NCBI GenBank assembly: GCA_002269645.1
Contig: NIVC01000831.1
Span: forward strand, 1 to 64,000
Direction: 5' to 3'
DNA length: 64,000 nucleotides
Source of the DNA: Macrostomum lignano
Taxonomy: Eukaryota
Positions 46,001 to 58,723 of the stretch are shown in pieces (the first letter of the stretch is position 1; each line of letters starts with the position of its first letter). The position numbers were made by a program, and so were the translations under genes. The notes beneath the pieces were generated by a model that did no database searches, was not told the origin of the DNA, and saw only the letters and a program-made list of their open reading frames with translations.

Positions 46001-48200
46001 AGAGCAGCAGGCGTCTGGGCAACAGCAGCAGCCTGAGGTTTGATAGTTTTCTATTTTCCGAAATGGCGCCCCTCAACAAAAAATTCGCCCTTTAAATAAA
46101 ATGGCGCCTCTCTTAAACGAAATGGCGCCTCTCTTAAACGAAATGGCGCCTCTCTCAAACGAAATGGCGCCTCTCTCAAACGAAATGGCGCCTCTCCTAA
46201 ACAAAATGGCGCCTCTCTCAAACGAAATGGCGCCTTTCTCAAATGAAATGGAACCTCTCTCAAACGAAACGGCGCCTCTCTTAAACGAAATGGCGCCTCT
46301 CTTAAACGAAATGGCGCCTCTCTTAAACGAAATGGCGCCTCTCTTAAACGAAATGGCGCCTCTCTCAAACGAAATGGCGCCTCTCTCAAACGAAATGGCG
46401 CCTCTCTCAAATGAAACGGCGCCTCTCTCAAACGAAATGGCGCCTCTTTCAAATGAAACGGCGCCTCTCTCAAACGAAATGGCGCCTCTCTCAAACGAAA
46501 TGGCGCCTCTCTGAAATGAAATGGCACCTCTCTAATAATAAAGTGGCGCCTCTCTCAAATGAAGTGGCGCCTCTCTCAAATGAAATGGCGCCTCTCTCAA
46601 ATGAAATGGCGCCTCTTTTATACGAAATGGCGCCTCTCTTAAATCAAATGGCGCCTCTCTCAAATGAAATGGCGCCTCTCTCAAATGAAATGGCGCCTCT
46701 CTCAAATGAATTGGGGCCTCTCGAATGAAATGGCGCCTGTCTCAAATTAAATGGCGCTCCTTCAAATAAAGTGGCGTCTACTCAACTGTCAAAAATTATT
46801 TTTTTAATAAATTTAATACCAATATTTCTAAATTTTTTACACAGGCTGCTGAAGAATATTCTGAACCCGAGCTGTTAATATCAATTGATGCCGATGGCAG
46901 TCTTGCTCCAATTACTCCTTCGACATCAAGTGCCCGATCCTCTTCTAGAACGAATATTGACCTATTGACGATGTCCCTCGCTGGTGTGGAGAATCTTCCA
47001 GAGACTGCAGAGCCGTCCCCAGCAGCCAGGCAATCAGTTGCGTGTGGTGACCTACTAGATCTAACCAACTTCGACAATAGTACAAGGGCTCAATCCGCTG
47101 GGCAGGATTGGGAACCAATCAGAATTGACCCGATTTCGCAGCCAATCGCCGAGGAGCTGGATAGTGGTAGCTGCCAGCCAATCAGCGACGACCATTTGGG
47201 GAGTAGCTCTCGGCTAAGCGCGGAGGAGATTGCGGGCCAGGAGTCCCACATAGTCTCAGATGAGACCAAAGAGGACTCTCAGCCAATCTCAGATGAGACC
47301 AAAGAGGACTCTCAGCCAATCTCAGATGAGACCAAAGAGGACTCTCAGCCAATCTCAGATGAGACCAAAGAGGACTCTCAGCCAATATCAGAAGAGAACA
47401 AAGAGGACTCTCAGCCAATCTCAGATGAGACCAAAGAGGACTCTCAGCCAATCTCAGATGAGACCAAAGAGGACTCTCAGCCAATATCAGAAGAGAACAA
47501 AGAGGACTCTCAGCCAATCTCAGATGAGACCAAAGAGGACTCTCAGCCAATCTCAGATGAGACCAAAGAGGACTCTCAGCCAATGTCAGAAGAGAACAAG
47601 CAGGACTCTCAGCCAATCTCAGATGAGACTAAAGAGGACTCTCAGCCAATCCCAGATAAGCCCAAAGAGGACTCTCAGCCAATCTCAGATGAGACTAAAG
47701 AGGACTCTCAGCCAATCTCCGATGAGACTAAAGAGGACTCTCAAACCTCCAGCGGCACTCTCAATGCAGCATTAGAACCAATTTACGATGAACCAAGACG
47801 ACATTCAAAGCCGCTCTCGGCCGAGCTGCAGTCTTTGTTAAGCCGAACTTCTGTCGTGTCAACTTTGACCCCGGAGCCTGAGCCGGAGGCACCCTTGCCT
47901 AGTCCGAGGGGTCAGCGCGCCTCAACAGAGATGCTACTTGACTTGTCCTCACCTGAACAGGCGCCAACGACAACTGCTGAATCAACTTCTTCTCCTCCTC
48001 TGGAAGATTCTCCCCTGACAGACTGGAAGCCGCTGTCAATTGTTGTGCAGCCGCGTATAAGTCGGCAGAGCCGGTTTTCTGGCGCCGCTACGGCCTCGGT
48101 TGTGAGCTTGCCGCTGGTGCAGGAGACTAACAGGCTGGGCTCCCAGCCTGACTGCTGGCCCGCCCCAGTGACTGTTGGCGATTCCACTTTCTATTTGTGA
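37032..48200 (+). CDS. Ankyrin-repeat protein with long disordered C-terminus, about 889 aa, 5 exons
   Basis: Exons 37032-37129, 43367-43450, 43534-43789, 45162-46037, 46845-48200; GT-AG and in frame. Ankyrin motifs GCTALHYAV, GATPLHVAC, GQTAFDLAC, SPLEEAARGGH, GGTALHAAC. The N-terminus (MGRLKDFFEGCKTGN) loosely resembles ANKS1/Caskin-type starts. Extra exons in the 6-kb first intron cannot be excluded. Confidence 0.78.
37450..37570. repeat. Short 19-21-bp tandem repeat (aagagacaggggcgcccacc)
   Basis: About 6 copies. Confidence 0.85.
37865..38251. mobile_element. hAT-type MITE, 387 bp
   Basis: 16-bp perfect TIRs tagaggtcggacggga / tcccgtccgacctcta; 8-bp flanks ctgctgat and ctgttgat (7/8 identical); subterminal gggatc repeats. 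Confidence 0.82.
38370..38850. repeat. Three tandem units of about 170-185 bp, each containing a 23-bp-stem hairpin
   Basis: tttacctacctaatcttcaatag ... ctattgaagtttaggtaggtaaa recurs three times with small variations. Confidence 0.85.
38975..39335 (+). mobile_element. Tc1/mariner (maT/DD37D-like) transposase fragment
   Basis: Degenerate frames FLDKKLFTIDAVVNRRND and HPASVMFLGVITSDGQKCPPIFIEAGVKINLATYQELLRTRVLPW; no TIRs found. Confidence 0.6.
42150..43126 (+). mobile_element. Non-autonomous Tc1/mariner element, 977 bp, perfect 29-bp TIRs
   Basis: TIR cttcgggtgtgtcataagtaatgtcactg (42150-42178) and its reverse complement (43098-43126); TA at 42148-42149 and 43127-43128; truncated, frameshifted transposase (VAEDESW, WQMDTARPH, PYSPDFNLC). 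Confidence 0.92.
43800..45035. repeat. About 31-bp purine-rich minisatellite (ggagatggggaagagactagggggaggatta)n
   Basis: Direct tandem array filling ankyrin gene intron 3. Confidence 0.93.
46060..46790. repeat. 21-bp minisatellite (aaatggcgcctctctcaaacg)n
   Basis: Direct tandem array filling ankyrin gene intron 4. Confidence 0.94.
47256..47745 (+). repeat. 33-bp coding tandem repeat (SDETKEDSQPI x15) in the last ankyrin-gene exon
   Basis: In frame within exon 46845-48200 and flanked by non-repetitive coding sequence. Confidence 0.85.
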
Positions 48201-48429
48201 GAATGCGATCGATCCTCATCAACTTGTACTGAATAAATAATCTTGCACTTTTTGCATCTTGCGCACAATTAGCTCACCTACTCTTGATGTTTTTGATGCT
48301 TTTGAAGGCTTAGATTAAAAAACCATGTGTTTTGCTTCCTTAGTTAGAACTGCTCATTCGGACAAACCCGTTGAAAACGGTACAGGCTAAAGAGTCATTG
48401 CAAACAACTCACTCAAGTGACTCTACGCC

Positions 48430-49700
48430 GACTCTAGCAGCTCTGTGGCGACTCTAGTGACTCTAAGGCGATTAGCACTTAGCAGCTCTGGGGCGACTGT
48501 AGTGACTCTAGGGCGACTGTAGTGACTCTAGGGAGATTAGCACTTAGCAGCTCTAGTGACTCTAGGGCGATTAGCACTTAGCAGCTCTAGGGTGACTCTA
48601 GTGACTCTAGGGCGACTGTAGTGACTCTAGGGCGACTGTAGTGACTCTAGGGCGACTGTAGTGACTCTAGGGCGACTGTAGTGACTCTAGGGCGACTGTA
48701 GTGACTCTAGGGCGACTGTAGTGACTCTAGGGCGACTGTAGTGACTCTAGGGCGACTGTAGTGACTCTGGGGCGACTCTAGTGACTCTGGGGCGACTGTA
48801 GTGACTCTAGGGCGACTGTAGTGACTCTAGGGCGACTGTAGTGACTCTATTGCGACTGTAGTGACTCTAGGGCGACTGTAGTGACTCTAGGTCGATTAGC
48901 ACTTAGCAGCTCTAGGGTGACTCTAGTGACTCTAGGTCGTCTGTAGTGACTCTAGGGCGACTGTAGTGACTCTAGGGCGACTGTAGTGACTCTAGGGCGA
49001 CTGTAGTGACTCTAGGTCGACTGTAGTGACTCTAGGTCGACTGTAGTGACTCTAGGGCGACTGTAGTGACTCTAGGGCGACTGTAGTGACTCTAGGGCGA
49101 CTGTAGTGACTCTAGGGCGACTGTAGTGACTCTAGGGCGACTGTAGTGACTCTAGGGCGACTGTAGTGACTCTAGGGCGACTGTAGTGACTCTAGGGCGA
49201 CTGTAGTGACTCTAGGTCGACTGTAGTGACTCTAGGTCGACTGTAGTGACTCTAGGGCGACTGTAGTGACTCTAGGTCGATTAGCACTTAGCAGCTCTAG
49301 GGTGACTCTAGTGACTCTATGGCAACTCTAGTGACTCTATGGCAACTCTAGTGACTCTATGGCAACTCTAGTGACTCCATGGCAACTCTAGTGACTCTAT
49401 GGCAACTCTAGTGACTCTATGGCAACTCTAGTGACTCTATGGCAACTCTAGTGACTCTAGGGCGACTCTAGTGACTCTAGGGCGACTCTAGCAACTCTGG
49501 GATGACTCTAGCAACTCTGGGGAAACTCTAGCAACTCTGGGGCGACTAGCAACTCTGGGCGACTAGCAACTCTGGGGCGATTCTAGTGAGTCTATGGCAA
49601 CTCTAGTGACTCTAGGGCAACTCTAGTGACTCTATGGCAACTCTAATGACTCTAGGGCAACTCTAGTGACTCTAGGGCAACTCTAGTGACTTTTTAACGA
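48430..49700. repeat. 20-bp minisatellite (gtgactctagggcgactgta)n
   Basis: Direct tandem array with variant blocks. Confidence 0.94.
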
Positions 49701-50847
49701 CTCAAACGACTGTAATGCAACAGAGAAGCGACTGCTGACTCACTACTAGCGCATCACGTGAGTTGCAGAATCGGTAAAAAGAGTTACAAAAAAGTCGCCC
49801 AAGGGCCGTTGTGTTAACGCTTTAATTTCTACTAACTTTTTACGGTGACATCTCATCGTTTTAGAGTTGTCCATAGTCACTTGTTTCCTATTTTACCTGT
49901 GTTACCTGCAACGACTCTAAAGCTCTACCGTTTTCATCGGGAAAATTGTAAAACAAAAATTGGCTTTTAAAAGAAAAAAATTACTGTCAATATAATCTCT
50001 TATTTGCGTTGAGACATAGCTTGTCGCTTTTTAGTGTTTTTGTTTCCTGTTAATTCAAGATTTGTAGCATGCTTTTGTTGAAGTAATATTTATTCCAGGG
50101 AAACTTTTATTTCAAATGTTTAAATGGTTTTTTATTATACCACGTAACTTTGCCAATTTTTTTATAAACTTTTAAAGTTAATGCTTAAATTTTATTGCCT
50201 TTGTAAAAAAATCATGAAAAACCTCTTGTGCCTACTCATTTTTCTCAGTAGCCTTAAAGGGTTTTTACACTATTTTATTCTGCACTTTTTCACACTTTGA
50301 TTGAACACATTAATAATCACGAAAACAGTATTGAATTCTTTGAATTGAATTCTATATACAAATGATTGCCAATATATCATATTTCCTTAATTTTTTGCCA
50401 ATTCTAAATTCCACTCCGAAGTTCACAATCACATTATTAACTGTGTATATCTTTGATTTTTCATTCACAATATTTTCTTTTTTTAACTTGTCTTTTATTC
50501 CGATTTTTGCATGTTTTATTGCGAGACATATTGAGTAGATTTGTATTAGTTTTTTGTACTTTTTAAGGGTCACACTCGCTGACTAACTACTGTTAGTAGA
50601 TGAAGTAATAAATCTGAATTTTGCGATATAGTTTTTTGTTGTAACTTTTAAAGCTGAATCGAACAAGTTTTTTCTCAGTTTCCGTTGTTTTCCACTTGGC
50701 TTATACTACTACAAGTACTATTCTAGCTAATGATAATATTTGAAACAATTGTGAGGATTTTTAATCTGTTTTTGGAGTAAAACTTTATTTTTTTTACGAT
50801 CAATATTGCAGTCTCTTTTTGCATTGGATTTCATTTAAGTACATGTC

Positions 50848-51900
50848 TGCCCTTTATCCCTTTCTACTCTCCCCCTTTATCCCTTTCTACTCTTCCCCAT
50901 TTATCCCTTTCTACTCTTCCCCTTTATCCCTTTCTACTCTCCCCCTTTATCCCTTTCTACTCTTCCCCATTTATCCCTTTCTACTCTTCCCCATTTATCC
51001 CTTTCTACTCTTCCCCATTTATCCCTTTCTACTCTTCCCCTTTATCCCTTTCTACTCTCCCCCTTTATCCCTTTCTACTCTTCCCCATTTATCCCTTTCT
51101 ACTCTTCCCCTTTATCCCTTTCTACTCTCCCCCTTTATCCCTTTCTACTCCCCCATTTATCCCTTTCTACTCTCCCCCTTTATCCCTTTCTACTCCCCCA
51201 TTTATCCCTTTCTACTCTTCCCCATTTATCCCTTTCTACTCTTCCCCTTTATCCCTTTCTACTCTTCCCCATTTATCCCTTTCTACTCTTCCCCTTTATC
51301 CCTTTCTACTCTCCCCCTTTATCCCTTTCTACTCTCCCCCTTTATCCCTTTCTACTCTCCCCCTTTATCCCTTTCTACTCTTCCCCCTTTATCCCTTTCT
51401 ACTCTCCCCCTTTATCCCTTTCTACTCTCCCCCTTTATCCCTTTCTACTCCCCCATTTATCCCTTTCTACTCTTCCCCATTTATCCCTTTCTACTCTCCC
51501 CCTTTATCCCTTTCTACTCTTCCCCTTTATCCCTTTCTACTCTTCCCCATTTATCTCTTTCTACTCTCCCCCATTTATCTCTTTCTACTCTCCCCCATTT
51601 ATCCCTTTTTACTCTCCCCCTTTATCCCTTTCTACTCTTCCCCATTTATCTCTTTCTACTCTCCCCCATTTATCCCTTTCTACTCTTCCCCTTTATCCTT
51701 TTCTACTCTCCCCCATTTATTCCTTTCTAATCTCCCCCTTTTTCCCTTTCTACTCCCCCTTTATCCCTTTCTACTCCCCCATTTATCCCTTTCTACTCTC
51801 CCCCTTTATCCGTTATTACTCTCCCCCTTTTTCCCTTTCTACTCCCCCTTTATCCCTTTCTACTCCCCCATTTATCCCCCTCTACTCTTCCCCTTTATCC
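50848..51900. repeat. 22/23-bp pyrimidine-rich minisatellite (ttatccctttctactctccccct)n
   Basis: Direct tandem array ending about 150 bp upstream of the RABL6 start codon. Confidence 0.93.
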
Positions 51901-52059
51901 GCTTTATACCAGGATAAGCCAATACAGTTTCTGGTTATATAGTGTTGTTTACATCTGTTATAATTCAATTTGAACCAATATTTCTGCATCATGCAAGCAA
52001 TGAACCCTTCATCAATAATAGCCTGAAAAAAGCTACAATCCAAAATCCCAAAGAGCTCA

Positions 52060-55000
52060 ATGTCGTTCATCAGTCGCTTAATAAACAAATCCTCCAATGC
52101 CAATTCGGAGTTCGGGTCGGCTCCGCCGTCTTCGACTCCGGCACCGCCTGCAGGCGTGTCCCCGGCGCCTTTCCAGCCAATGAACCAGCACCTGCAGCGC
52201 CGCTTTGCTCGCGGAGTCCAGTACAATATGAAAATCGTCATCCGTGGCGATTCCAATGTTGGTAAAAGTTGCCTGTTAGCCAGACTGCAGGGCAAAGATT
52301 TTATTGAAGGCTATACACCGTCTGATGAGATTAAAGTCGTGTCGGTGCATTGGAATTATAAAACTACGGATGACGTTATTAAGGTTTGGCTTTTTTTAAA
52401 AGACTTCCCCATATCATTCCCAGAATTCCCCATATCATTCCCAGAATTCGCCACATCATTCCCAGAATTCCCCATATCATTCCCAGAATTCGCCACATCA
52501 TTCCCAGAATTCCCCATATCATTCCCAGAATTCGCCACATCATTCCCAGAATTCCCCATATCATTCCCAGAATTCGCCACATCATTCCCAGAATTCCCCA
52601 TATCATTCCCAGAATTCGCCACATCATTCCCAGAATTCCCCATATCATTCCCAGAATTCGCCACATCATTCCCAGAATTCCCCATATCATTCCCAGAATT
52701 CGCCTCATCATTCCCAGAATTCCCCATATCATTCCCAGAATTCGCCACATCATTCCCAGAATTCCCCATATCATTCCCAGAATTCGCCACATCATTCCCA
52801 GAATTCCCCATATCATTCCCAGAATTCCCCATATCATTCCCAGAATTCCCCATATCATTCCCAGAATTCCCCATATCATTCCCAGAACTCCCCATATCAT
52901 TCCCAGAATTCCCCATATCATTCCCAGAATTCCCAATATAATTCCCAGAATTCCCTATATAATTCCCAGATATCCCAATATAATTCCCAGAATTCCCCAT
53001 ATCATTCCCAGAATTCCCCATATCATTCCCAGAATTCCCCATATCATTCCCAGAATCCCCCATATCATTCTCAGAATTCCCCATATCATTCCCAGAATTC
53101 CCCATATCATTCCCAGAATTCCCCATATCATTCCCAGAATTCCCCATATCATTCCCAGAATTCCCCATATCATTCCCAGAACTCCCCATATCATTCCCAG
53201 AATTCCCCATATCATTCCCAGAATTCCCAATATAATTCCCAGAATTCCCTATATAATTCCCAGATATCCCAATATAATTCCCAGAATTCCCCATATCATT
53301 CCCAGAATTCCCAATATAATTCCCAGAATTCCCTATATAATTCCCAGATATCCCAATATAATTCCCAGAATTCCCTATATAATTCCCAGATATCCCAATA
53401 TAATTCCCAGAATTCCCCATATCATTCCCAGAATTCCCCATATAATTCCCAGAATTCCCCATATAATTCCCAGAATTCCCCATATAATTCCCAGAATTCC
53501 CCATATAATTCCCAGAATTCCCCATATAATTCCCAGAATTCCCCATATAATTCCCAGAATTCCCCATATAATTCCCAGAATTCCCCATATAATTCCCAGA
53601 ATTCCCCATATAATTCCCAGAATTCCCCTGTATCACAGAACCCCCTTCAACCCCCCACCTCGCAGGTAGAAGTGTGGGACGTAGTGGACAAAAGCCGCCG
53701 ACCGAAAGGCCGACCCACGGAGCCGGTGCTGGACGCCGAGTGGGTGGACGTGTACAAAGGCTGTCACGGCGTCATCCTAGTGCTGGACATGACCAAGGCT
53801 TGGACTTTGGCCTACGTTGAACGCGAACTGCCTCAGGTGCCTGCAAGTCTGCCAGTGCTCGTGCTGGCCAATCACAGGGACATGGGCGCCCACCGGAGTG
53901 TCACGGAGGCCCAGGCCCGGGCTGTCATAATGCAGAGCGGCCGGCCGCTAGAATCCACTCGCTATGCCGAATCTTCCATGCGAAACGGCTACGGATTAAA
54001 GTATATTCATCGGTTTTTAAATCTGCCATTCCTGCACCTGCAGAGGCTCAGTCTGATGGCCCAGCTGAAAACTAACGAGGAGGATATGGAGGCGGTGATT
54101 CTGGAGCTGGATTTGGAAGAGGAGAGCGAGGAGAGTAGCTATGATAGGTGAGTATTGCTCTTTCTTTACTTCTTTTCGTTAATATTCTATGTGCACTACT
54201 AATCCATCATCTATCAGTAGCATCCGAAGTGTTTTTCTTAGTTTTTATGGCTTATTAAAAAAGTTCATTACGCCAGGAATTGCTTTGAAGCGAAAGATTA
54301 AAGTGTTGGATTAAGAACCGAAGTGCCTGAATTGGGGGCAGGAGTGCCAGAATTGGGGGCAGGAGTGCCAGAATTGGGAGCAGGAGTACCAGAATTGGGG
54401 GCAGGAGTGCCAGAATTGGGGGCAGGAGTACCAGAATTTGGGGCAGGAGTATCAGAACTTGGGGGCAGGAGTACCAGAATAGGGGCTGAATTGCCACAAT
54501 GAGAACAGGAGTGCTACAACAGGAGTGCCACAATAAGAACAGGAGTGCCACAATGAGAACAGGGGTGCCAAATAAATCACAAAAGTTCTAACTTTGTTTT
54601 GCATGTCCTGTGAAATGCTTTAGGAATAATTATTGCATCTATATTACATTTTTTCTATGTACTTAAAGTACTGTTTTATCTGCTTTCAGTCTGGCTCTGT
54701 ACCGAAGCAGGTAAACAAGTTGTGCAGAATTTCTTAGAAAAAAACACGCGCACAAAAGTTGCTTGAGTAAGTTTTTGTTACACGTGGTTTTTAACAAGCT
54801 GACACAGTTAGTTAGTCAATAATACAGCTGGTCTAACACTTCGCACCAAAATATCCAGTCTTGTACTATTATGTTACTTTAATTTCAGACATGTTTAAAG
54901 TCTTTAAAGCGTGTTTTTATACCAATATTCGTTTTCGACTACTAGTGTTTTATTGACAGTAGTGCATTTAGCGCACATGTGCTGTTTTTAACTTGTTTTT

Positions 55001-56764
55001 CTAATAAAAAAATCTTGATCTAATTTTGCTGCTCTTATTGTATTGTTTGATTGTTAATCCAATTTTCTCTAATATCATTGTCTATTTTTTCCATTGCAGC
55101 TGCATTAAAGCCAAAAGATCCGATGAAGTCAGCCGAGTTTCTGAGTAGGCATCATTTTGTAGCATTTATATAAAAAAATATTTTTAATTCTGAGGCTTAG
55201 TTTATTTTGATTGATAAAACTATTTAAATAGTGCAACAATCACTTTTTTGTTGTTGTGTATTATACGAGTATTGATAAGCCTGTTTATTGTTTACCAAGA
55301 ATTTAGTTGCAAAAATTGCGCTTTACTTATATATTTAATAGACTATGCTTGCATGTTGTGATTTTGTTATATTTAGCAAATCTTACTACTGCTGACTACT
55401 TTGTTGGTAAGTAGTGCAAAATTTCAGCAAATCTAATGCAAACCCATTTAGTAAACTTCTTTTTCGCCTAATATAGAAATTAGCTAATAGAATTAATTAG
55501 ATTTTATAAATTATCATTTGTAACATTTTTAAAACCTGTTGTTGAATTAATTAGAAATGTTAGTTAGTTGTTAGTCTGGTTTATAACAGCTTTTTAAAGT
55601 AGATTTTCGATACATATCGGCAGTTCTCATTTTTTTTATCTAGGTTTGCGCTAATCTAAAGCTGAAAGTCTGAAACTGAAGCGCTTTTTAAAATAAAACC
55701 GAGATTCTGCTTTCAGAAAAAGTTATTTAGAAAAAATACATGTGAAATAGAAAAAAAATTGTCAGAAGTGGGATTCGAACCCACGCCCTCAGAAGAGGAC
55801 TGCGACCTGAACGCAGCGCCTTAGACCACTCGGCCATCCTGACTTGGCAGTTGGGCAACGATTTCGTTCTACTAGTTAGAGTCCTTATCTGTCTATATGG
55901 CCATAGCCAGTTATGATTTATTAGAGTCATTTTTACTAACAAGACAGAGACAGAACAACTATTCGATTCGAATTAAACAGGTATCAACAGCAGCTTCGAG
56001 CTCGAGCTGATAGTGGACAATTGGCTGCTCAGAATTCTGTTCCGCAGCAGCCGCCATCGGAGCAGCAACAACAGCAACGAACTGCTGTTGTCAAGGACGC
56101 CTCTCCGTCTCCAAGCAGCCCAGTAGTCGAAGATCAACAGCAGCAGAGACCGGCGGCGCCGCCTCCCCGCCTGATCCCCGGCAGTGAGCGGCTGCTGATA
56201 GAGCTGCAGCGAGCCCAGACTCGCCCAGAACCGGCCGGGGCTCCGGCCTCGTCAGCAGCGGCAGGTGCTGCAAGTACAGCGCCAGCTTCTACTTTAACTT
56301 CCATTGATAATTTTGTACCCCCAGTGGATGACCGAACTGACAATGATGGCAGCGGTTTGGGACGCTTAGATCGATTCCTAGATGAGGAGGAGGATGCTGC
56401 TGCTGATGCTGCGGCAGCTGGCAACGGGCTGGCTAATCAAGAAGACAGCAGCGACGATGACCAACCGTCAGGCAACCCCATGGTGGCCGCGTTTGCCGAA
56501 GACATCGACTCTGAGGACGAGTCAGCAGTTGCTGCCGCTGTCCATCTGTCTGAGCAGCCCGTCTTCGATCACCGACGTTCCCAAGTGGTCGAAACTTCCT
56601 CTAGCAGCGAGTCCGAGCCTGAACAGCCACCGCCCCCGACTTCGCAGGCTGAACCCGTTGAACCTGCAGCGCCAGAGACAGCAACAACAGTAGTTACCGA
56701 AGCAACACAAGAGACTGGCCAAGCAGATGAAGACGATTTGGAGAAATTCTTGAACGATGATTGA
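52060..56764 (+). CDS. RABL6: Rab-like protein 6 (RBEL1/PARF homolog), about 529 aa, 3 exons
   Basis: Exons 52060-52383, 53666-54147, 55981-56764. Hallmarks [33 protein letters not shown]|[37 protein letters not shown], acidic tail ending DDLEKFL. Confidence 0.92.
52405..53630. repeat. 21-bp minisatellite (cccagaattccccatatcatt)n, RABL6 intron 1
   Basis: Direct tandem array; stop-free in several frames, which produces false ORF extensions. Confidence 0.95.
54325..54570. repeat. 21-bp degenerate repeat (gggggcaggagtgccagaatt), RABL6 intron 2
   Basis: About 8-10 degenerate copies. Confidence 0.8.
55760..55843 (-). tRNA. tRNA-Leu(CAG)
   Basis: 84-nt cloverleaf GTCAGGATGGCCGAGTGGTCTAAGGCG...GGTTCGAATCCCACTTCTGACA; anticodon stem CTGCG/CGCAG with loop TTCAGGT; long variable arm; followed by an oligo-T Pol III terminator. 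Confidence 0.96.
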
Positions 56765-56849
56765 ATTTCTATCTTTAGTTTTTCTTACTGGTTTCAGTTG
56801 TGTTATAGACTGGTTCAGATTGGTTTAGGCGTTTAAGTTGGCACCAAAC

Positions 56850-57350
56850 TGGTCGGGCGTTTAAATTAGCGCCAAACTTATGGGGTGTTTAAATTGGCGC
56901 CAAACTTATGGGGTGTTTAAATTAGCGCCAAACTTATAAGGGGTTTAAATTGGCGCCAAACTTCTAGGGTGTTTAAATTGGCGCCAAACTTATGGGGTGT
57001 TTAAATTGGCGCCAAACTTCTAGGGTGTTTAAATTGGCGCCAAACTGATGAGGCGTTAAAATTGGCGCCAAACTTATGGGGTGTTTCAATTGGCGCCAAA
57101 CTTATGGGGTGTTTAAATTTGCGCCAAACTGGTCGGCTATTTAAATTCGCGCCAAACTTATGGGGTGTTTAAATTTGCGCCAAACTGATGAGGCGTTTAA
57201 ATTGGCGCTAAATTGTTTGGTCATTTAAATTAGTGCCAAACTTATGGGGTGTTTAAATTTGCGCCAAACTGGTCGGCAATTTAAATTCGCGCCAAACTTA
57301 TGGAGTCTTTAAATTGGCGCCAAACTAGTTGAGCGTTGAAATTGGCGCTA
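56850..57350. repeat. About 28-29-bp minisatellite (ttaaattggcgccaaacttatggggtgt)n
   Basis: Direct tandem array downstream of the RABL6 stop. Confidence 0.9.
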
Positions 57351-58723
57351 GAGAGGGTAGGAAATTTTCCTCTTACAGGGGTCATGACCCCAAATATCTT
57401 TTAGAGAGGGTCTCCTGACCCATTCTAGATCAGCTTATGATACGTTTATTAATTTCTTGGCTTCCAATGCTTGTTTATTACAAAAGCAAACTGTGTTTCC
57501 AGTTTGGCATTGATTCTTCGAATAGATTGTAAATAATAGTCACTCTCGTTAGTTTCTTCTATTATGTTTTTGTCCACTATAAACATTATTCGTTTTTCCT
57601 CGTGTGACACTCATCCTGATAATTCACAATACCGATTTATTGTTTATGCTTACTGTTTCGCTTATGTTTAAAAACAATTGTGCCTTGAATTCTGTTGTAA
57701 CGTTTCTAGTGGCATCCAATTCCTTTCACTCTAGAGAGTGGTAATGGGGACAGTGGTACTGGACATAAAAATAGGTGAGAGTGGTAGAGTGACGTGTTAA
57801 GAACAGAGTGACAGGGGTAGAGTGACAGTGTTTGGAATAGAGTGACAGGGGTAGAGTGACAGTGTTTGAGATAGAGTGACAGTGTTTGGGATAGAGTGAC
57901 ATGTATAGAGTGACAGGGAAAGTTGAAGCAATGAGACAGTTAAAGTGTGAGAGTGAAAGGGATTTCACCCCAGTCATGATCGTACAAAGAATTATATGAA
58001 AGCGATTTATTTCTGTTAAAAAATTGTTATTTTCTGAGTCAAAGGCATATTAAAATGCAAGCACAAGCATATTTTCCATACGCACAATAACGTCTATTAT
58101 GATGATTTATTGATGAAGCCTAAACAATTAACAATGGAATGCAGTTTATTGAAACAAAACCATTTTATCGGTTTTTTTCATTTTTTTATTTGAATCTTTT
58201 AATTTAAGTCCCTACTACAGAACCATTATAGGGAGAAGGGGATCGTTAGAAAATGGGAAGTGTCTGTACAGGACTAAATCCAAACAGTCATTCTCTCTCT
58301 CTCCCAACATTTCTTTCCCCGAGTGTGCAGCAATGTGAATATCTTGCCTGTCTGTGCGTACAGCCTTCACAACCCCCTCCTCTCCTCTCTTCCCTCACCC
58401 CCCCCCCCAGTTCGGGTACAAATAAGAGAGGGATAGGACTTAGATAATTTCCATCGGCGTTTTTCTTCTTCTAAAAGAGAACAAGCAGTAAGCAGGGCAA
58501 TGAAGCCTGGCAGTTTTGGTCAAGTAAATCGTCGGCTTTGTATCATTTGCACAGCACTTTTAACTGTCTGGCTGATCTGTCTAGCTTATTTAGTTGGCCT
58601 GGAGCATGGGGCCGTTCGAGCTAGGCCTACTCTCAAACACGTGCTTAAGCAGCTGATGCCTGAGTCCTGAGCCAACAACTGTCTCTGTATCTGATTGTTT
58701 CAGCAAATTGAAGCTCAACAACA

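Noticed and set aside
52384-53669. RABL6 ORF extension (FPEFPIS repeats) and 426/427-aa repeat ORFs
   Set aside because: Read-through into intron 1 minisatellite; the homology resumes exactly at the 53666 acceptor (VEVWDVVDK).
18505-57350. Common origin of the gcgcc-containing arrays at 18.5, 46.1 and 56.9 kb
   Set aside because: Similarity is limited to a 5-6-bp core plus A/T runs, and I could not identify shared termini.
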